Both the position numbers and the translations under genes were made by a program. DNA of 46,824 nt from an uncultured Gammaproteobacteria bacterium (GTDB lineage Bacteria; Patescibacteriota; Patescibacteriia; Patescibacteriales; GWE2-39-37). The notes below the pieces were generated by a model, which saw only the letters and a program-made list of their open reading frames with translations, ran no database searches and was not told where the DNA came from. This document shows positions 42,758 to 46,824 of the stretch, one piece after another. The stretch lies in contig CAYUCS010000001.1 in assembly GCA_964443495.1 (NCBI GenBank), positions 535,496-582,319 of the forward strand, in the 5' to 3' direction. Positions within the stretch are counted from its first letter, which is position 1. The number at the start of each line of letters is the position of its first letter.

Positions 42758-43885
42758 CTAACGGTATGATTTTTCCAAAAGGTCGCCCACCTTGCTCCAG
42801 CGATAGTCGGTTTCCGCGCGGTTTCTCGCTTTCTGGCTCATCGAGGCTGCCATGCTTTCGTCGCTGAAAAGCAGCTGAATCTTGTCCGCCAGGTCGTCGG
42901 CATCGCCTGGCTTGGCTGACAACCCTTCGATCCCGTCGGCAAAGACTCCGCGTACTCCCGGCAGGTCGCTCGCGATTACCGGGCGGCCCGAGGACATCGC
43001 TTCAAGCAAGACTAGCCCGAAGGCTTCCCCTTGATTGATTGATGGCAGCACCAGGACTGATGAACGGCGGTAATGCTCAACCAGCTCCTGGTCTGAGCAA
43101 TTGCCGGCGAAGCTGACATCTTGCTCGATTCCAAGTTCTCGGGCGCGAGCGGCGTAGCTCGGCTGCAAATCGCCTGAACCGACCAAGGTCAGGCGGCAGT
43201 CGAGCTCGTTCTCGATCCTTAATTTATGGAAAGCATCGAGCAAGACGGAGACGCCTTTGAAATAATGGGCTTTGTCCAGGCCGCCGACAAATAGGATATT
43301 CTTCGGTCCGCTTGCAGGCAAGGGGGTGAAGTTGAAGCGCTCGGTATCGACGCCGAACGGCACTTGGCGGAATTTCTCCGGCCGTTTAGCGTATGAGCCG
43401 GCGATCTGCGAGTGGCTGACGTAATCGAGCGAGGCGGCTGTAATCAAGTCGCAGGCTTTGAATGCGACCGGCCAGACGAGCAGCCGATTGAGCCGGAAGA
43501 TCAGTCCGCGCAAACCGTCAGCCAAGCTGTCCATGTGGTAATGAATGATCAGTTTGCAGCCTTTTTTCTTGAAAATCGAGGCAGCCAGAACCGGCAGTAC
43601 GGCACCGTAAAAAGGATAGTGCAGGTGTACGATGTCGTAACCGCGAAGCTTCCAGGCGAGCTGCGGCAGGCAGGCGGCATTGCCGATGGCAAAAAAAGGC
43701 TTTAAGCGCAGCACTTCATATGTTGAGTCGATTTCAGCCGAAAAAAAATCAGCCTGACCGTAATCAGGCGTAATGATGGTTACTTGGTGGCCCTTTTGGG
43801 CTAGTACGCTGGCGAAATTCGCTGCGGTGTTGCCCATGCCGCCTTTGTAGGGCCTGAAAACGCAGATTATGTGGGCGATTTTCAT
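42758..43885 (-). CDS. Glycosyltransferase family 4
   Basis: MKIAHII..PYKGGM, FVGGL..AHYFKG, EAFGLVLLEAMSSGRPVIASDLPGV. ATG 43885. Confidence 0.93.
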   Translation of the reverse strand: MKIAHIICVFRPYKGGMGNTAANFASVLAQKGHQVTIITPDYGQADFFSAEIDSTYEVLRLKPFFAIGNAACLPQLAWKLRGYDIVHLHYPFYGAVLPVLAASIFKKKGCKLIIHYHMDSLADGLRGLIFRLNRLLVWPVAFKACDLITAASLDYVSHSQIAGSYAKRPEKFRQVPFGVDTERFNFTPLPASGPKNILFVGGLDKAHYFKGVSVLLDAFHKLRIENELDCRLTLVGSGDLQPSYAARARELGIEQDVSFAGNCSDQELVEHYRRSSVLVLPSINQGEAFGLVLLEAMSSGRPVIASDLPGVRGVFADGIEGLSAKPGDADDLADKIQLLFSDESMAASMSQKARNRAETDYRWSKVGDLLEKSYR

Positions 43886-43886
43886 A

Positions 43887-44300
43887 TTATTCGACACGAT
43901 GGCTGAAGAGCGTCTTATTCCAGAGGTAAAGGATGACGAAAGCAAGGCCTGCCTGGATGAAGTCGATGGCGGTATATTCCCTGCCTGACAGCATGACGAT
44001 GACGCTGATGGACATCGGCAAAAGGAAAGTCAGGACCTCGGTGGTGAATTTATCGAAAAAGCTCAGGCGTAACAGGACTTCGGTGTTGCCCTCTTCCTTT
44101 TTCTTCTTGTATTCCTTGCTCAGCCAGCGAAGCTTGATCATCAAGAAGCCGGCAAAGAAAAAGACCGGCGCCATGGCCTTGATGAAAGTGGAGAAGGTCT
44201 TGAAGAAATTGGGGTTAAGAAATAGGAATAAAGCGCCCAAGATTATGATCAGGACGATCGTATAGTAAATGAAATCCAGCACCATGTCCTTGGCATTCAT
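43887..44300 (-). CDS. Hypothetical membrane protein (about 4 TM)
   Basis: 137-aa hydrophobic ORF tightly packed in the operon. Confidence 0.7.
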   Translation of the reverse strand: MNAKDMVLDFIYYTIVLIIILGALFLFLNPNFFKTFSTFIKAMAPVFFFAGFLMIKLRWLSKEYKKKKEEGNTEVLLRLSFFDKFTTEVLTFLLPMSISVIVMLSGREYTAIDFIQAGLAFVILYLWNKTLFSHRVE

Positions 44301-44302
44301 AG

Positions 44303-44632
44303 CTATTTTTGCTTATTGATTAATGCGACCTGCTTGACCATCTCGGTGATGTCACGCTCAGCTTTGGCCAGGCGCAAGCGCAGGCGGAAAATAAAATAGA
44401 AAAGTATCGTAACCGATAGGTATAGCAAGACTTCGATGCCGCTGCCGGAAAAGCCGATCTGGGCCACTAGGCGATCGATCCATTTGAGCCCGATGATAAG
44501 TGCGGCGGCTAATAGCCAAAATGAAAGCCAGAACCAGAATTCTCCTGGTGCAAGTCGCTGGCGGCGGCGCTGGCCGAACAGCCTGGTGATGAAAAATAGT
44601 ATTATCGCCAATGCGATGATTTGCTGAGTCAT
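44303..44632 (-). CDS. DUF2304 family membrane protein
   Basis: 3 TMs, FWFWLSFW, G...G.EVLLYL, C-terminal helix AERDITEMVKQVAL. Sits next to a GT2, the usual context. Confidence 0.85.
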   Translation of the reverse strand: MTQQIIALAIILFFITRLFGQRRRQRLAPGEFWFWLSFWLLAAALIIGLKWIDRLVAQIGFSGSGIEVLLYLSVTILFYFIFRLRLRLAKAERDITEMVKQVALINKQK

Positions 44633-44634
44633 GG

Positions 44635-45306
44635 TTATCTGATTAGTTTGCCAAAAAATAAATCTTTAAGAATCTTGAGGCCGCCGGAAAATTTCTGGCC
44701 GTATTGATGGTAGATGACGGTGATGGGAACCTCCTTGACCGGCAGGCCGGATGCTGCGCTTAAGGCCAGGATTTCCGAAGCGTGGGCCATGCCGTCCTGT
44801 TGCCAGGCGATTTTCTCGTAGGCTCTGCTGGAAAATGCGCGGAAACCGCTCTGCGGATCGGTCAGATTGACGCCCAGGAACAACCTATTGACCAGCCTGG
44901 CAAGCGGCATGATGAGACGTCTTTTAATAAACGGCATCTTGGTGGTGTTGTCAAGAAAGCGCGATCCGAAAACGATTTCGGCTTGTCCTTTGATGATCGG
45001 CTCGGTCACCGTGCCTATATCCTTATTGAGGAATTGGCCGTCGGCGTCGAAATGGACGATGATGTCCGCCCCTCGGCTGATCGCGTATTCCGTGCCGGTC
45101 CGCAGGGCCGCACCTTGGCCTCGATTGATCTCGTGCCTAAGCACGATGGCGCCTGCGTTTCGGGCCAGGTCGCCAGTGCCGTCACGTGAGCCGTCATCAA
45201 CGACGATAACCGAATCGACGCAAGGGATGACTCCGCTAACGACGCCGCCGATGTTCGCTTTTTCATTCAGCGCTGGGATGATGCAGAAGATGCTTGGGGA
45301 TGTCAT
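44635..45306 (-). CDS. Glycosyltransferase family 2 (polyprenol-phosphate glycosyltransferase-like)
   Basis: IIPALNE, VVDDGSRD, HEINRGQGAALRTG, HFDADGQF, GSRFL, TDPQSGFRAF. Confidence 0.92.
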   Translation of the reverse strand: MTSPSIFCIIPALNEKANIGGVVSGVIPCVDSVIVVDDGSRDGTGDLARNAGAIVLRHEINRGQGAALRTGTEYAISRGADIIVHFDADGQFLNKDIGTVTEPIIKGQAEIVFGSRFLDNTTKMPFIKRRLIMPLARLVNRLFLGVNLTDPQSGFRAFSSRAYEKIAWQQDGMAHASEILALSAASGLPVKEVPITVIYHQYGQKFSGGLKILKDLFFGKLIR

Positions 45307-46322
45307 CAGCGTGGTATCCGGACAAGTCCCTTGCTTGCCCGCAATTCGTATATGGTTTTTTCTAAGCCTTTTTCAAGGGTGATGATCGGCAGCCAGCCTA
45401 GCTCATTCAATGCCTTGCTGATATCCGGCACCGGCAGCTGGGTCATGAACATGATTTCCGGCTGGTGGACGATTTTAGATTTGGCGCCGACCATGTCGAT
45501 TACTTTCTGAGCCAGTACGGCTAACGTCACTAAGGTGTCCGAGCCGATGTTGATAACGCCGCCGCCATCCTTTTCCATGAACTTCAGCGTCGCGTCGACG
45601 ACATCGGAGATGTAGCAGAACGATGAGCTGAATTTTTCGTCGCCGTAAATCACGATGTCTTGGTTATCCAAAGCATTGCTCACGAAATCCGGTATCATCT
45701 GGTCGTCATCGAGTTTCATCCGGGGACCGTAGGTGCGGAAAAGCCGGATAATCTTCGTGTCGAGCTGGTAGACTTCGTGATATGTATTGACGATGGTCTC
45801 GGCAAAACGTTTGCCTTCGTCATAACAGGCACGCGGGGAGAGGATATCTACAGCGCCGATCATTTCTTCTTTGATCTTGGCATTGTCAGCCGATCTCGGG
45901 CCATAGACTACTGATGATGAAAAGTGCATGAACTTGGCGTGGTATTTCACGGCAAGGTCAAGCGAGTTCATGACACCGACTGAGTTGGCCATGAGGTTGC
46001 TGATTCTCAAATTTTCGAAGTGCTTGGGCGAGGTCGGACAGGCTAGGTTATAAATTTCTTGGATTCCCTGGAACGGGACCTTGAAATTTTCCAGCTCTGG
46101 CATCGTCTCAAGATCGATTTTCTGAGAAATGTCGTGGCGGATGAATTTGAAATTCGGATCGGATAGCAAGTGGTCGATGTTCTTCTCTTCGCCCGTGGAA
46201 AAATTATCGATGCAGATCACTTTGGCGTATTTGACCAGCTCGTCGCAAAGATGGGAGCCGATAAAGCCGGCGCCGCCGATTACCAGAACGTTCTTCTTTT
46301 CGAAAATTGATTGGGTCGCCAT
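45306..46322 (-). CDS. NAD-dependent epimerase/dehydratase, UDP-glucuronate decarboxylase (UXS)-like
   Basis: GGAGFIGSHLC, IDNFSTG, IYNLACPTSP, RACYDEGKRFAET, RLFRTYGPRM. Confidence 0.88.
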   Translation of the reverse strand: MATQSIFEKKNVLVIGGAGFIGSHLCDELVKYAKVICIDNFSTGEEKNIDHLLSDPNFKFIRHDISQKIDLETMPELENFKVPFQGIQEIYNLACPTSPKHFENLRISNLMANSVGVMNSLDLAVKYHAKFMHFSSSVVYGPRSADNAKIKEEMIGAVDILSPRACYDEGKRFAETIVNTYHEVYQLDTKIIRLFRTYGPRMKLDDDQMIPDFVSNALDNQDIVIYGDEKFSSSFCYISDVVDATLKFMEKDGGGVINIGSDTLVTLAVLAQKVIDMVGAKSKIVHQPEIMFMTQLPVPDISKALNELGWLPIITLEKGLEKTIYELRASKGLVRIPR

Positions 46323-46372
46323 ATATTTTTTGTTGATTACGTTTTTATTTTAGCAATTTTTCAGGAAACGGG

Positions 46373-46824
46373 CTACCTCTGCGACCTGATGGCCGTAATT
46401 CTTACCCCGGTTTTAATGTCGCTAGGATAAGCGTAAAAAGAGTCAACCAGACGGCCTTTGTAGGTAAATGTCCTGACGTGCGGGCCGCCGCCTGGGCCGG
46501 CTCCGACGATTATTTCGGCAAGACCGTCCTGGTTGGTGTCCGCGCTCGTAAGATTGACTCCCTTGTCGAAATTAGGGGCAAAGGCCAGGAATCGGCTCAA
46601 AAGCTTGGCATGGTCGGTATAAATCCTGACTTCGGCTGGCAGTCCGGGTCCAGGACTGGTGATGATTTCTGAGCGACGGTTGATGGTGCCGCCGTCGATG
46701 TCGGCTACAGCGACGCTGACTCCGCCGCGGAATGAGCCGGCATAGGCCATGAATTGGCCCTTGATCTGGCCTCGGCCGTTGATGATCTTCACGTGCGGGC
46801 CGCCGCCTGGGCCGGCTCCGACGA
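46373..46824 (-). CDS. C-terminal part of an FG-GAP/VCBS-like repeat surface protein, 5'-partial
   Basis: Repeats GVSVAVADIDG..EIITSPGPG and ADTNQDGLAEIIVGAGPGGGPHV. The frame is open to the window end. Confidence 0.8.
   Translation of the reverse strand, partial: VGAGPGGGPHVKIINGRGQIKGQFMAYAGSFRGGVSVAVADIDGGTINRRSEIITSPGPGLPAEVRIYTDHAKLLSRFLAFAPNFDKGVNLTSADTNQDGLAEIIVGAGPGGGPHVRTFTYKGRLVDSFYAYPSDIKTGVRITAIRSQR

Noticed and set aside
46476-46824. 34-bp repeat as a DGR template/variable repeat pair
   Set aside because: There are no adenine-specific mismatches, both copies are in-frame parts of one protein, and no reverse transcriptase is in the window.
1-46824. tRNA, rRNA, tmRNA, SRP or RNase P genes and IS elements
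   Set aside because: No T-arm GGTTCGAATC-type motif with a cloverleaf, no conserved rRNA or SRP motifs, and no transposase ORF were seen by eye. A covariance-model scan was not possible.

Overview
Chromosomal segment of a bacterium using genetic code 11 (TGA is a stop). It is most likely a Patescibacteria/CPR (Parcubacteria-type) genome. This is inferred from AT-rich, SD-less starts on core genes, an AlaRS lacking C-Ala, a short L13, DUF4012, DUF192 and DUF2304 genes, and many glycosyltransferases. From 1857 onward all but two of about 50 genes lie on the minus strand. Gene content: an M23 peptidase, a PEP-CTERM protein, a Xer recombinase, a secreted cytochrome b5/FN3 protein, ftsQ, serS, greA, a surface-glycan locus with an ABC-2 system, the infA-rpmJ-rpsM-rpsK-rpsD-rpoA-rplQ-rplM-rpsI operon, alaS, mnmA, tgt, large membrane-anchored surface proteins, a degenerate TruD, and a second glycosyltransferase locus. 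No tRNA, rRNA, CRISPR array or transposase was found. Main unexplained signals: (1) four copies of a 69-81 bp intergenic hairpin with a conserved, covarying 28-29 nt core and divergent but self-complementary arms; (2) a 28-bp quasi-palindromic dif-like site directly upstream of the xer gene; (3) an RNAP alpha subunit whose CTD is replaced by an acidic linker plus an AT-hook-like motif; (4) a promoter- and terminator-bounded ~90-nt ORF-less RNA carrying anti-SD motifs, alongside a small set of strongly SD-led genes and micro-ORFs.
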